A stretch of 64,000 nt of DNA from Polymyxa betae A26-41 (GCA_003693705.1 RBZT01000419.1:1-64000); one strand, 5' to 3'; shown: positions 36,558 through 50,320, counted from the first letter of the stretch. The notes: generated by a model not told the origin, from the sequence alone. Numbers and translations are program-made.

Positions 36558-37804
36558 TGTTCCAGTAATTTGCTAGCTAACGATAGGATGGATATGGCGA
36601 TCCTTCTACCTCTCAGAACTCAGAAGGGCCTTGGGATAGGCAGGGAAACTGCGAAAGAGCGTAGCCATGCGATGATCGGCGCAGCCCTTCTGATATTTTT
36701 TACAAAAGTTTCTACATTCTGGTGTGAGTTCCTAACGATTGAAACACAATTATATCTGTATCCCGCATTGAAAGGTTCTATTATTTATTTGAATAAAATT
36801 AGGAAAGCAGCAAACGATTTCGACAGTCGCCAATCTACACTAGAGAAAGCAGTCAGTTCAATGTCGATGCAATTGTCGAACAAAGAAAGTTATTGGTAAG
36901 ATCAGACAGCCATGAAAATATTTCAACAGTATCGGCAACGAGTTAGATTGCCTTCTGACTGGTGCCAACATTATCTCCTCATTTCAAAAAAGGAAGCCAA
37001 CTTTGTTAATATTACCTTTGAAATAACAGACGGTGGGAGTTCACAGAGAGCTATAGAATTACCTATACCATCGATTAGCGAACTCTTCCATCCAGATCGA
37101 CATACAACAGTAATTCAAAAAATCAGACATCAATTCGAAAATCCTCATAATGTCTCAGCAGAAGGAGCTTGAAGTGAAAATTTCATCAGGAAACCTGTGA
37201 TGCGTGTTGCAAACCTACGTACCTGTAAGCTGATGCCATAGCCATACACGAAGCAGTATACAAGAACGAATCTGATATAGGTATGAATGGGGATCCGGGG
37301 CGATTCCTCAGATCAGACAAAGCTCACGGACTCCGAGCGAGCTAGCGAGAGACCGCCAGACTATGGGACCAGCGTTAATCTCGGCCTGCCGACAACATTC
37401 TCGAGACAGCCATATAAAGACATGGAAGCCGGGACTGTTCCAATGTTCAATATTGGATAATATTCATGGACCTGCACAACCGGCAATCCTCAAGCATACA
37501 GTTATTTGCAGATTTTAGCGTTTCACACTTTCAAAAACAGATTTGTTATGAACAACAACCGATCACTATCTCAGAGTTTGTTAACACCTGAAATACTGTG
37601 CTAAAGTCTTGCTTAATCCCAGCGTTTGAAATTGAGTATATTGTATTCAGAATCGGTAGGTCTTGTACCCAGCAGCCGTACATTTAGACCATCATCTTTG
37701 CAACCAATTGCCGATCGCTTGATTATGCGTTACGATGCTTTAGCAATCTGATGACCAAAATCGTTTTGCTTGGGTTTTAGAACAGCAACAGTTCTGTTGA
37801 AAAA

Positions 37805-38398
37805 TCAAAGCGCAGAGACGTCATCATTGACCCTTGTCGTCGCATGAAGCCTCTCGTTCTCTTCCATTGTAATTTTCAACTGATCTGAACGAATTGAACA
37901 TTGTTGGCTGTATTTAGTGTGGCAATAACGTACCGAGTATGGTTAGCATAATGCCTTCAATAGCGACATCGCGCTTCGAGCGCTTTTCTCCTCGAACCCT
38001 TGCCCTCAAGCGGACGTTCGATTCGAGATTCGTCTTCCAGGTGGCGTGGAACTTCTCACGAAGTTCTTCCAATCTTTGGCTTAGGATGGATTCTATCCTT
38101 TAGATCTATCAATCCGATTGCTCTGGACAAGATACAGTTCTAACCTTTCATAGGAATTTGACTCTTCTTTAGGCTTTGGCTGGATCCGTTTTCTTCTTTG
38201 GATAAGATACGCTATTGTAATTGCAGCAGTTGTGGCTGAATAAACTTTAGCAACCTCGATACCTTACGTTTGAATTTGATTACATAATGCTCCTAAAATT
38301 AGCATAGGCCACCTTCGTTTTCGATGTACTTGGCTTGCTGGAGAGACGCTCAGTGCAAGTGCCAACGATGCTGCTTTACTGGCCGTTGTATTCGTCAT
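37805..38398 (-). CDS. Hidden multi-exon coiled-coil hypothetical protein (3' end uncertain, may extend toward ~36900)
   Basis: Exons 38398-38330, 38292-38263, 38211-38145, 38092-37934, 37884-... joined by in-phase GT-AG introns of 37/51/52/49 bp: MTNTTASKAASLALALSVSPASQEHYVIKFKRKRILSKEE..SILSQRLEELREKFH..DQLKITMEENERLH. Confidence 0.6.
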
Positions 38399-38790
38399 GA
38401 CAACAGCAGAAAAGCGAAACGGACAAGCCCAGACGCGTAGAACTTAGAAGTGTTAAATAGGCGAAAAAAACCGAAGTTGATTTTAATCTGTAACAGACTG
38501 ATTGTTTGGAGATTCCATAATCTCATTCAACTAAAACTTCAGAACCACTTCAATCAACATTTTACTTGCAATAATAATGTGCAGTTCCACCTAAGAACTT
38601 TCTGAATAACTTTTCAAAGCCAATCCTTATGTTTGTTTATTCCAATTTTCTTGCAGATATTCCACTTCTGACGACAGAACTTTTTGAGGCTCCGAATATT
38701 ACTTAGTACGAGTTGCTGTTCTCGCAGCCCTTGCACAAGAGGAAAATGTGTCTTAACTGCATCGCCCATTAATGGCGTAACAACCCGAAT

Positions 38791-38810
38791 AAACAAACAA
38801 ACAAACAAAC
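38791..38810. repeat. (AAAC)5 microsatellite
   Basis: aaacaaacaaacaaacaaac upstream of PAN2. Confidence 0.9.
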
Positions 38811-38954
38811 GAAAGAACTTTGTTGTGGTTTTCTTCGTTTAACGTTAATTATTGACCCGCTGCCTGTCAGTCTGATCATGTGTCTATAAAGACATGTCAT
38901 GCTGAACAGAGCCTGAGAGCCATTCCGATCTCGATCGCAAACTGTTATATCACT

Positions 38955-41900
38955 ATGAGCTTTCAGGATCCTGATGCCGACACCGACGCCTCCATCTGGA
39001 GCATGGTGTCGTCGGCGCAGCTCGCAAACGATCTCGATGCCCAGATAACAGCAGCAGCGTTCAGCCCTGTCTATGAATTGGTCTGGTTTGGTGACTCGTA
39101 TGGACGTTTAACTTCGCATACCCTACCCGATCTTTCCCTATATTCTGCTTCATGGGTTGACAGGCCGTATACAAGTAAAGTGCACGAACAATGGCCCAGA
39201 ACCGTTTGTCGAAACTTTAATTGGCATCGCAGGCTGCATATTAGGCTTAATTCCGGACGATTTTGGTGACGTCGCCTCGCTAACGTCTTCGAGTGTCCTT
39301 CATCACTCTGTTGGCGGCTTGAAGAAGCATGGTAAAGCTATTCCAGCAAATTATGGACCTGCTACTTGCTTTATAAAGCATTCTGTCACCGGACAGCCTG
39401 GATATTTAATTGGGACATCGTCGGGCTCAGTTTTGTCCTATAACTTACAGTCGGATCGAATTAGCCAAATTGTAAACGGGATCGCGACTTTACAAAATTT
39501 ATTTCCTAATTGTCGTGTTTAGGGCGACGTTTCATCTTCTTCAATCCAATGCATTGACAAATCGGAGCAGCTCTTTCTCGGGTTGTCCTCCGGAATGATT
39601 GATTTTCGAGATCCGAGGAATCTGCAACGCATTCATGGGATGCTGGTACATTCTGGCCCAATTACGAGCTTGGCCTCGTTTGGCTATTATCTGTATAGTT
39701 CAGGGATAGAAAACAGGTTCGGGACTCTTCTTACAAACGCCTTGTCAACCCTTTTTGACAATTCATTTAGAAACCAGTACAGTCAGGTTCCGGGTTCTAT
39801 AATAAAAGTTCTTGATACAAGAACCTTTCGCGAACTTGCTCCGATCATTGTTCCATCTGTAAGCTGGCGCTTTGTCAGTATTTTAGAATGCAGAATCTTC
39901 AGTTTTGCGAAATTTCCCCTAATCTTTCTTTTTCCTGCATGTTTTAGATCTGGGTTTCAGACGTCTTTTTAGGGAGCAGTTGGTCTAAAGGTGCAGCAAT
40001 CCAGTGTCGGCAATCTCCTACATGTGCATTGTGGTAGTGGGCAAGAAGTCACCAGCTTCTCTCTGGATTATCCAGATGAAGTTGGAAGCACTACTATAGT
40101 CAGTTTTCTGCAAAGGTCTTAGCATATGTTTCTTATACTGAAGTGATAGGTCGATATCGATTATGCGATCACAATGGTCGGTTGTGGACTTGCCAATGGA
40201 CTCGTGATGGGAAATTCGGATGGCACTGGATCGTTCTGGTATGGCTGATGCATCCACTAGTTTGCTTTTTCAGTAATTTGTTTGTTGGCAGGGTGCTGAA
40301 GGGTTCCGAATCGGTTCCGACCTCCTATTTTGGGATGCCTGTAGAGGACGTTGCTCCCCCTGAGACAACGTCTATCACAATCGATTTTGAAAATGGTTCA
40401 CTGTCAGCATTGGGGTGGCCTCCTGATTCTGATGAAGCGTTGCTTTCAACATGGCCAGAAGATCTCGTTATTGGTAAACCTGCAGTCGATATGTTCCCTG
40501 TTGACCCTTCTGCTATACCTGGACTTAACTGGGTTAATGGTGGCCTTGGATTCGCTCCGTTTCCCGTAAAAGATTTCAAACGTAACAATTTGGAGTCACT
40601 TCGACCTTTTACGACAGCCCGATGGGCCGGGACAAAAAAGAAGCATTCCGCATGTAAGCGTTAGTACCTCTTTATTGTTCTTGTTTAACGATGTTATTGA
40701 CAGCATTATCCAAAGTTATTAGTACTGTATATGGACATGATTTTCCTGACAAGCAGTCACTTTTCGACAAGGTGCGATAGTGGTTGTCTTGCGGTAACCA
40801 TGGTGCTAAGTAATTATCATGTGAAAGGGATATGCCCGGGCGATCTTGAAACGAGGACGTCTGGGAACAGATGGATTCAATTATGCTAAGTACAATGCTA
40901 CAGCTTTCAGCGGTCTCGACAATCTCATTCCAAATTCTTATTGCAATGCTGCCCTTCAGGTATCTCCTTCTTGTTGCATTATAAATCTTAAGTCTTGCTC
41001 TTAGTGTCTGTTCTTTATCGCTCCCTTTCGGTTTTCGATGATCAATCACACCTGTGAGAAAGAAATCTGCTTGGTGTGCGAGCTTGGTTTCCTGTTCTTC
41101 ATGATGTGGAAAAAGACCGAGCGACCTGTTGAACCCAGAAATTTTTTGAGGGCGTTGCAGTTGGTAAGTCATCTTTTGGAAGGTTGCTTCGGATCTAACA
41201 AGTACCGGGTTAGATTCCAGAATCCGCAGCTCTAAACTTGCTGGAGACGGCAGATCCCTCTTCGGAATCGATGCTTTTGGTGCGCATCCAGTCGTTCATC
41301 AATTTCATTTTGGAATTCTTGTTCAAAGAAATCGAGTTATCGTCATCACAGGTACTGCCAGTTTGTGTCTGTCCTGCTAGGATCAACCATCACTCAGTGC
41401 GATGCTTCGCTGTCCTGCTTTCGGAACATATTTGCATCTGAGATTTCGCATAGAGTTGAATGCCTTGGTGCTAAAAAACACGAATGCTTTAGGGTGACGA
41501 CTCAGTTTCAGGTTGTACTGACTCTCTCCTGATTACTTGGCATTCACCTGCGTTTAGTTCAAGCTGAAGTATCATAGCAGAGATCAGAAGGAATCTTTCG
41601 AAGCCATTGCCGCTAGTAGTTTGGGCGAATCGCAACAGATGAGGATTTGGTGTGCTGATTGCAATTCATATTGCCAAAGCCGCATATCTAAAAGTATCTC
41701 GAAGCTTCCAGCTGTCTTGGTATTCGCAGCCCATATTAAGTTTGTTGATCATTGCTTCTTTCATGCACTATGTAATCATTGTTTCAGGTCGGAGAACGAC
41801 CTAGCGCAATGGAGGCCATACAGTTTCTCTCAGACAGAAAACAATATCGATGGTAAAGACAGGCATATCACGTCTTGGATACCAGCTTCGTTTAAGCTAA

Positions 41901-43310
41901 CCATCACTGACGATCAGCCTAAGATTAAGAAAGGTCTGTTTGAAAATATCGCATTGCTTTGTTTTCGCTAAGACCGGAACAGTGTTTCTGGTTGATCCGC
42001 CTCTTCAAGACGATCCCACTAATTCGACTGAAGCCATATACGACTTGTTCGCTGTTGTGTCACAGATTCACCATCCGAATGCTCATGATAAGAATTCAGT
42101 CATGAACGCTCATCATGATGAGCATCTTGTCGCTCATATTCGCATTTGTGACGACGAAAATATCCCACCGTTACAGAACGATTCTGCATTCTTTTGTTTC
42201 AATGATTTCGTCATCACGCCATCATCGTTAGCAGAGGCCCTCGAATTTGGCTATGTATGGAAGCAGGTACTGTTACTATATGCTCAGAAATACCTCTTCT
42301 GATCGATAATTTAGCCTTGTAATATACTCTATCGGCGGCGCTCGTTTAACAAGATTGTTCCCTTGGTTAATGAAATCAGTCCAGTATTGGAAGTTATGGC
42401 TGGCAACAGTCCCACCCAATCCCAAGGTATTAGTCGCATTGCTGACAGTCACGATGTTGTAAAATTTCGCGCTGGTGAAGAGCTTGGCAAGGTACAGTAA
42501 TATATCGTCAATGGAATGATACTGATCAACAAGGCAGGGATCCGTTGTTGCCATTGATTCCGAGTTCGTTTGCGTGGAGAAAGAAGAAGTGGAAGTCCAT
42601 GAAGATGGCCAGAAATCGGTCATCAGACCTGCAAGGCATTCGTTGGCCCGTGTTTCCCTTATTCGCGGTAGCGGCGATCTGATCGGTAATGCGCTGCTTC
42701 TTGATTGGATTTGTTATTTTTAAAAGTCGTATTAATTCAGGGGTTCCATTCATGGATAACTATATTGTTGCTGTTGAGACCGTCGTCGATTATATGACGA
42801 AGTACAGCGGTATTCACCCAGGGGATCTTGATGCACGGTATCGCTTGATGTCTCGATTAATGCAACAGCTCTAATGCCATCCTATAATAGTACATCGACC
42901 AAGCACCTCACAACGTTGAAGTTGTCGTATATGTGCCTTAGATCAATGGTCGATAAAGGCGTGATTTTTGTCGGGCATGGTCTGAAGAAAGATTTTCAAA
43001 TTATTAATCTTTATGTCCCTCCTGAACAGATAAAGGTTTAGCTTTTTCCCTGATTAACGAATTTCCCTGACTTTTACAGGATACGGTGGAAATGTTTTAT
43101 GTTCAAGGAAGAAGATTCTTATCTCTGCGATTCCTCGCCCAGCATGTCCTCGGCGTCAATATTCAAGAAAATCATCACGATTCGATTGAAGACGCTAAGA
43201 CTGCTCTATTTCTGTATCAAAAATATCTCGAATTACAACGGCAAAACGCTATCGAAGAAACACTGCAAAAACTTTACGAGATCGGGAATCGTGTCGGTTT
43301 CAAAAACTAA
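38955..43310 (+). CDS. PAN2: PAN2 deadenylase (WD40 + inactive UCH + DEDD exonuclease), many short introns
   Basis: [14 protein letters not shown]; [23 protein letters not shown]; [17 protein letters not shown]; VAIDSEFV; [17 protein letters not shown]; [10 protein letters not shown]; [14 protein letters not shown]. Confidence 0.95.
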
Positions 43311-44024
43311 ATTTTTTTTATGTCATCACGTGTTCCATTGTGCAGAACATTCTGCGCCACTAACGCACTTATTGGAAATTGCTTGCGAAATTTTGGCTTT
43401 TGTCAAAATGAACGTTATTGCGCCTTTCAAAAATTTTGTCCATAAAGTAGAGAGTGTTAAACAGCCCCCGCAGAATTTTAAAAGGGGGTCCGTGGCCTAA
43501 CAATACTGATCCCTGCCCATGACGGGGTCACGGAGGTATGATTAAAGAACCGGGATTCTCTCCGTTTTGACCCCATGCAGAAAGGGTCACAAGGCCCTGA
43601 ATTGTCTATTTGGGTCTCTTTACGAATTAATCAGACGCTTTTTGCTCGGGATACTGTCAGGTCCCACTGAAAAGAGACATGACTTCAGGTCAAACCTAAA
43701 TCGGGCCTCGCAGTTTTTAAACAGCTACGGACTTTCATAAATGAGGCCTTATCTCAGTGGGGATGGACAAAAGAAATGAAAAGCGCAATAATTAGAGCGA
43801 GGAATCTGATGAGACCGCAATTTTAGAGCACTGTGCATCAGTTTACAAGCGCTACGGTATTTTCCTCTTGACTGAGGTGAAGTCAGAAGACGGGAGGTTG
43901 CTTTAATTATCACTAAAAGTTCTTCATTCTGATTTGCAGCTTTGCATCTCATTTCGAAATCTGACCCGTACTCGATATCTGTCTGCGCCGGTCTAGATCG
44001 AATTTTGTATCAGATTTGCGAGTC

Positions 44025-44685
44025 ATGGCGTTTATGCTCCGACATTTGCATTCAGGCTGGGAAGTCGACCAGGCGATCCTTTCCGAAGAAGAGCGTGTTG
44101 TAGTGATTCGCTTCGGTCATGATGATGATCGGACTTGTATGCTCATGGACGAAACTCTTTATGGTTTGTTTGTTTACCCTACAGCTAACATAAGTCGCTG
44201 AACTGTCCTTTGTTCAGGCATTGCAGAGAAGGTGAAAAACTTCGCCGTTATCTATTTGGTAGATATCACTGAAGTCCCTGACTTCAACGATATGTATGAA
44301 TTGTTTGACCCTTGTACAGGTTAGTAATGCATTTCCTCACTATTTTGTTTGAAAGTACTGTTTTCATTCAGATCGTTCAAACAATTTACAAATCATCTCG
44401 CATATGTTGCTTTCCTGACTGAGCCTTTTCATTTGTCATGGGTTTATGCTTTGACTTTGGAATCCATCCAGCTCTGTTAATGATATCGTCATTACAGTTA
44501 TGTTCTTTTATCGTAACAAGCACATCATGGTCGATCTGTCCACGGGTAATAACAACAAGATTAACTGGGCCATGACCAACAAACAGGAGCTGATCGACAT
44601 CATCGAGACTGTGTTTAAAGGCGCCAGAAAGGGACGTGGTCTGGTAATTAGCCCAAAAGACTATTCTACCAAGTATAAATACTAA
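44025..44685 (+). CDS. TXNL4A: DIM1/U5-15kD thioredoxin-like spliceosomal protein
   Basis: HLHSGWEVDQAILSEEERVVVIRFGHD...VKNFAVIYLVDITEVPDFN...MFFYRNKHIMVDLSTGNNNKINWA...GLVISPKDYSTKYKY; introns 44164-44217 and 44320-44497. Confidence 0.98.
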
Positions 44686-45279
44686 ATCGACCAGACAACC
44701 ATGTCTTTAACTATAAGTTATGCGCCTTTATATGAATTATTCAAACTGTTTGTGTATTCTCATTCAACTAGATTTTCAGAATTCCGAAGTTTCTATCTTG
44801 CTTTAGTATCTTGTTTTAGTATTTAGCGCCAGGAGCGTTGCTTTCTTTGCGGAAGATCATTATGAGAACAATGGCGAGTGGCTGGAATTGATCGTGAAGT
44901 TGGTCATATCAGTTGATTTTCTTCCTAAATAATGGTGACGACGAAGCCATCACCTGCTGATAGTCGTGCATTATGGATCATTGCCCAAGCGACTGTGACC
45001 TGGGAATATCTCGCATCTTGGAACGAATCGTGGCCAATGTCTATGGAACGCCTCAATGAGATGCTGGTGGCCGGCTGGGTTGCTGGTCATTTCTCAGAGG
45101 ATTACGCTCGCGAAGTTATCGCTGCATTCTGGTGCCAGATTCGTCTTACCAGAATTTCATGAAAGCGTTTCCAGATTTTATTTCCAAGGATCACGAGCCC
45201 CGGATCGGGGGAGGTTATCGTCTGCTCTATTCAAGAATCCTTTTCTGGTTTTAATGCTCTTCTATTGTCTAAGGCCTTG

Positions 45280-47060
45280 TCAAGCACGCGTATCGTCCTG
45301 AAGCGATTGATAAGCGTCGTTGTGCCTGACGACAACGGTCCCGGGAGTATCATCCTGCTCTTGTAGGGTCTGGTACGTGTCAGTCTGTCTGATGGGCGCC
45401 ACCGCCTCACCGCTATCTGTAGGACGCGGTGTACGACAATCTTTCGCCTTCGAGATGTTCTGTTGGCAGAGCGGGCAATGCACTGACTTCTGTAGCCATT
45501 CTAACAAGCACTCGCTATGAACTACGGCAGCGGTCAGCATGGGGTGCAATTATGGGTCAGTACGACCCCCCAATCAGCGCCTTACAGTGATGCCCGCATG
45601 CGATCTTCCGAAGCTGATCACTGGCAGTGTATTCGCAGAGACAGATCGAGCATCTGTTCAACAATGATGCATCAGCCGACGGAGTCGTACTGGAATTGGT
45701 GGTAACATCAAACAGTATGTCATAACGTAAAATGAAACGTTGCCAACGTGACATGGAAACGACTTACTTGGCGTCTTCCTTATCGATATTGAGAATGGCG
45801 AGATCAACAATAGGAATTGCCTCAATCTGTTTCGGTGTTGCAGCTCGTGTTGGTTGTAATGAGGCCCGTCGCCGTGCTGAGAGCTGCTGTAGACGAAGTG
45901 TTCGCAGTACGCGACGACGATGCTGATGGATGACCGCCAACATGAAGACGATACCGGCCAGAGCCAAGAACAGCGCCATCGCCATTCCGATCAAGGTCAG
46001 AATCAGACCATTATCAACCTGACTGTAGACCGTCAGGTAATACTGGTTCAATTCAAAGGCCGTATCGCATGAGGCGTAGATCTGTGCAATGATCAGCTGT
46101 TTGTTAGATTCAAGGGTTGGATGCTCTGAAAGACCTCGATTATGTAGAGTCCCTGAATCCAGAACTGATCATCCTGTGATAATGTGAACTCCTCGGCGTA
46201 ATTCCACCGATGATTCCTCTGAAGGCGACACGATCAAGGCTGTGTGGTCACAACGGAAGCAAACCACGAAATGCTTTCCGAAAATCAAGGCAAAACGTCA
46301 CGAGCGTTATTTCATTCAACATTCGAACAAATAAATCGATCGAGATTAAGAAGAAATGATCCCGCAAAATACAATATCGTACGTAATTGATATTGGGAAA
46401 GAGATATGTGAATGGATCACGTTCTGCATACACGAACATATCAACATCCATCTTAAATTCATCTGCATTTGGTCGTGTACTGATTAGAGCTGGTAATACT
46501 GTCTCATCCAGTTCAATCGCATATCTCTACACGTCGTAACAATCAGCACCATATCGTGTAACGCAACCGGGTCGTCACGTAAATCGCGACCCGAGTCACG
46601 TTACATGCCATCAACGTACCATTGTTTTGGTTTTGACGACAACGCCGGGGACGGTCTGATCCGGCTTCAGCATCTGTCCTCGGAACGCCCTCACCTTAAT
46701 GGGGACGACATCAGAGCTCTGTATAACGGCGGTCATCGTACAGGCTGTCCGGTTCCCGTTACACATTGGTGACGTAATCGCCGGTTTCAGAACAGCGAAT
46801 GGCAGCCCGGCCGATTCACTCCCGTAGACGGCAATCTCGCCATCTGCCAGAACTGTCACGTTCGCAGCCGTATCGTTCAGGGCCAGGACGACGAAATGAT
46901 GGTCGGCGTTCAGAACGAAATCGAACTGAGCGGTGCCGGCCAGCGTCGTCTCAAGTGTGGCAGTTTCATCATCATTGAACTGCAATGTTAGAGCGCGGGC
47001 CAGCCCGACCATGCCCATACACCATGATAGATGTGCCCATTGTCGCATTATTGAGACCAT
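45280..47060 (-). CDS. Type I membrane RING-H2 E3 ligase (signal peptide, luminal beta-rich domain, TM, RING-H2)
   Basis: Signal-like MRQWAHLSWCMGMVGLARA; TM GLILTLIGMAMALFLALAGIVFMLAVI followed by HQHRRR; spliced CSICLCEY..IACGHHFHSECLLEWLQKSVHCPLC. Start 47060 or 47048. Confidence 0.85.
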
Positions 47061-47205
47061 TACAACGGAATCTGCAGGTGGGTGGGGATGGGGATATTTC
47101 CATGAACGATCTCTCTCGTACGTCCACATGAGCAAGATATTCGATATCAAACTCATTTGTCTGATGGATGTCACCACATTCATCAATAATCCAATAAACT
47201 TATGA

Positions 47206-50200
47206 TTATGTATTTGTTGAACAATGCGGATGAACCTCGAGATAAAGATGTTGAAGACCTTGGCCAGATACGATCACGTTATATTCCAGATCAGATCCGG
47301 CAGCTACAGATGCATCGAGTGCCGCAGCATCCGCACATTCAATGCGAATCGCACGCAGCAGCTGGATCTCATCGCCGGTCCACGACCAGACACGGACATG
47401 ACGATCTGGGCTGGCCGAGAACATCACGAACCCGACCTCCGGATGGGGCAGCACGACGACGCCAGTAACAGCGGCATAGTGCCCGCCCGGTAACGATGCT
47501 ACCGACCGTAACGTTCCCGAATCGTAACGCAACACGTTCAGTGCATGATCGTCGCCACCCGTAACGATTACCATGCCGTCCTCCAGGGCCAGCACGGAGA
47601 TACAGTTCACGCCGGACTGGTGGACGTGTTCCACCGACGTCACGTAACATAACTCGTCATCGTGTAACGCCCAGAGCGCTACACGACCGCGTGTATCACC
47701 CGACAGAATGCCATGACGAGTTGCAGCAAGTGACAACACCGGATGATGTCCATGGACATTAGACGCAGCTGTTGATCGCAGCGAGAACGTTGAAGTTTGA
47801 CGGCAGAATCGATAGACAGTGAGTGTGCCGATCGAGGAGCCAGCAACGAGAGTGACGAAATCCGGACAGGTCTCATCAGCCACAATAATCGACATAAATC
47901 GGAGATCAAGACAAGATTGACGCTCAGCATCCAGGTCAGATTGCGAGCGACGGAACCATTTCCCACGACGATTGAAGACGGCACCATTGGCACGTCCCAA
48001 CTGACGGATAGTGAAGTCGTAGACGCCGAACGCCAACAGCTGAAGCTTGGCGCCACCTGTGAAGATCAGACTGCCATCACGAACTCGGGTGAGACAACGG
48101 ATCGCATTACGATCTGAATGCACAGAGCTGGATGCCACACAGACAGGAGCCGCTCCTGGCTGAATCCGACCCAGCTGCACAACCCCGATTAGAAGCCCGA
48201 AAGCCAAAAACAAACACACAATTGTACCCGAGCGGATCCATCTTCACCAACTGAGAGAAACAAGCTCCGACCAGGTAGTATTGTGACGTCGTTAATACGA
48301 CGTATATGGAAGGGGTGTCTGGTAGACCCCATGACCCCAATCTCCATCATATTATAAGTACTTGTTACTAAGTGGAGATGATCATCATCCTGATTCACAT
48401 AATGGAATTGGGCACCAGATGGCAATTCTTCATAGACGGGTCGAGTTACTGTTAAGGCTGTAGCTGAACGTGGACCATGGTGTGGGAATGCAACGAATGT
48501 CGTTTGACCACGAACTGAACTAACGATATATTCATTGTTAGCACCATTAAATCCCGCTGTATACAGATGACCATTATCATCAACATAGAGATATTCAGCG
48601 AGGGCGTTTGGAGATTGCAAGGCTGCCACACATTCGGCATCACCATCGTATCGGCGGATGATGCCATCGGCGCCCATGGTCGCGAACGCAGAAGTCAGAG
48701 AGACGATGGCCTTGATGACGCTGCGCCCGTGCTCGCCTGGTTTTCTCCATAGAAGAGCGCCGGTATCATGATTGAGGGCGGCCAGGGAGCCGCGTGTATC
48801 TCCTGTAATGACATTTCCATTGATGATATTGATAGCGGAGATATTACAACCAGCAGTATCTATGACAGAATGGGGTAATGGGGCCCGATCCGACCCCAGC
48901 AACCGCCATGAACGTAGAGATCGCCCATCGAATGCCAACAGATGCTCAGACATCATCCAGACTTTGAAGAATCCGCTACCAGCAATATCGTGACGTACTG
49001 ATCCATCCAGAGACAGAATAACGAGGCCGATCTTGCCGATGACAATCGCGATCGAGTCCGCTGATGGCGACAAACAGCTATCGCGGATCTCGACGTGATT
49101 ATCGGCTTGGAATATGGTGCGCCATTCGCCGTTAACATCAGCGATAGCCACAATCCCGTGTCGTACGACGACCACGACACGACCCGAGGCGTCGTACACG
49201 CCAACGACGTCGCGATCGCGGGCCGCAATCTCGGTCGGAATGGGACGACGTTCGTGGCGGAGAACATTGCGATCCAGACGGGACAGGCGCAGGTCGCCGT
49301 CCTCGCCGCCGCTGATCACAATGCCGAGACGGGCGTGTACGGCCACGGCCCAGGCACTGCTGCGATGCGCATCGATGGTGGTGCGAAGCTGGGTGCCGGT
49401 CTTATCCCAGAGCCGGATAGTGCCATCCTCACCGGATGTGACAACTCCATCGGATATGTGAAAGACACGCCAGACCCTGGACCTATGGCCGTACCCGACC
49501 CCGGTGCAAATTCCCTCACGTAGACACCAAGTCCGCACTGTACGATCATCGGATGCTGTGCATAGACGTTCGCCATCATCATCGATTGAGACACCGAATA
49601 CGGAGCCATGATGACCCTCCAGGCGATGCTCGATACGACGTTCGCGTTCGGTGTCGTCGATGCCGAACGACCATGTCAAGACCGAGCCAAACACGGTGCC
49701 GGCTGCGACCTGCAGGGATGCCGTACCGGTCCAGCGCAAGTCGAGGCTGTAGAGGAGCGAGTGGTCGATGCACGAAAATTCGTGCACATAGGTGAGATCG
49801 GCGGTATTGTAAATACGGACTGTGTTGTGGGCGGTGCCGAGGGCGACCTTGTCGTGCAGGCCCACAGCGTCCAGAATACAGTCGGTGATGGGACCGGTCG
49901 AGGCCAGAGTGCTAAATCCGGATGTATCGAATGACCAGAGCTCGCATCGATGCAATCCGAATACAATGATGATGCCCTTACGGCCTGAATCTGTGAGGAG
50001 TCGAATCAATCAGCGATTCGAATGATGAAGATTCGTGGTTAAAAAATGGCACAAAATACATTTAAATCACTTTGGGAATTACATTTGCGAATGCCATGAA
50101 CTTGGTCATTATTAGGGAGAGTTCGCATCCATTGTTGTGAGATGGATGATGTAGAACCAGGAGGTGAATGGATAAGGATGGATTGGACCTGGGCCCCTGT

Positions 50201-50320
50201 CCCAATAAGGGCATACACCGATCCTGTTTCAGGGCAGTCGACCAGACACACGGCTGAGATATCGCCCAGAAACGACGAGGACTTCACCTCGGTCGTGACG
50301 GCGGCGTCGTCATCGATCAT
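47206..50320 (-). CDS. WDR6: WDR6/Trm734 WD40 protein (tRNA position-34 2'-O-methylation cofactor), 3 exons
   Basis: VAAGTVFG, LEGHHGSVFGV, TASDDRTVRTW, GYGHRSRVW, TSGEDGTIRLW, HQSGVNCI, TGGDDHAL, HYAAVTG, C-terminal VSGQGLQ; introns near 50083-49990 and 48226-48174. Confidence 0.85.

Noticed and set aside
40880-40960. Cys in PAN2 NSYCNAALQ as a restored deubiquitinase active site
   Set aside because: The USP nucleophile position (before the aromatic residue) is Ser; this is the usual inactive PAN2 pattern.
44820-45255. Small plus-strand ORFs between DIM1 and the RING gene
   Set aside because: Competing short frames with no motif or clear splice chain; cannot be supported.
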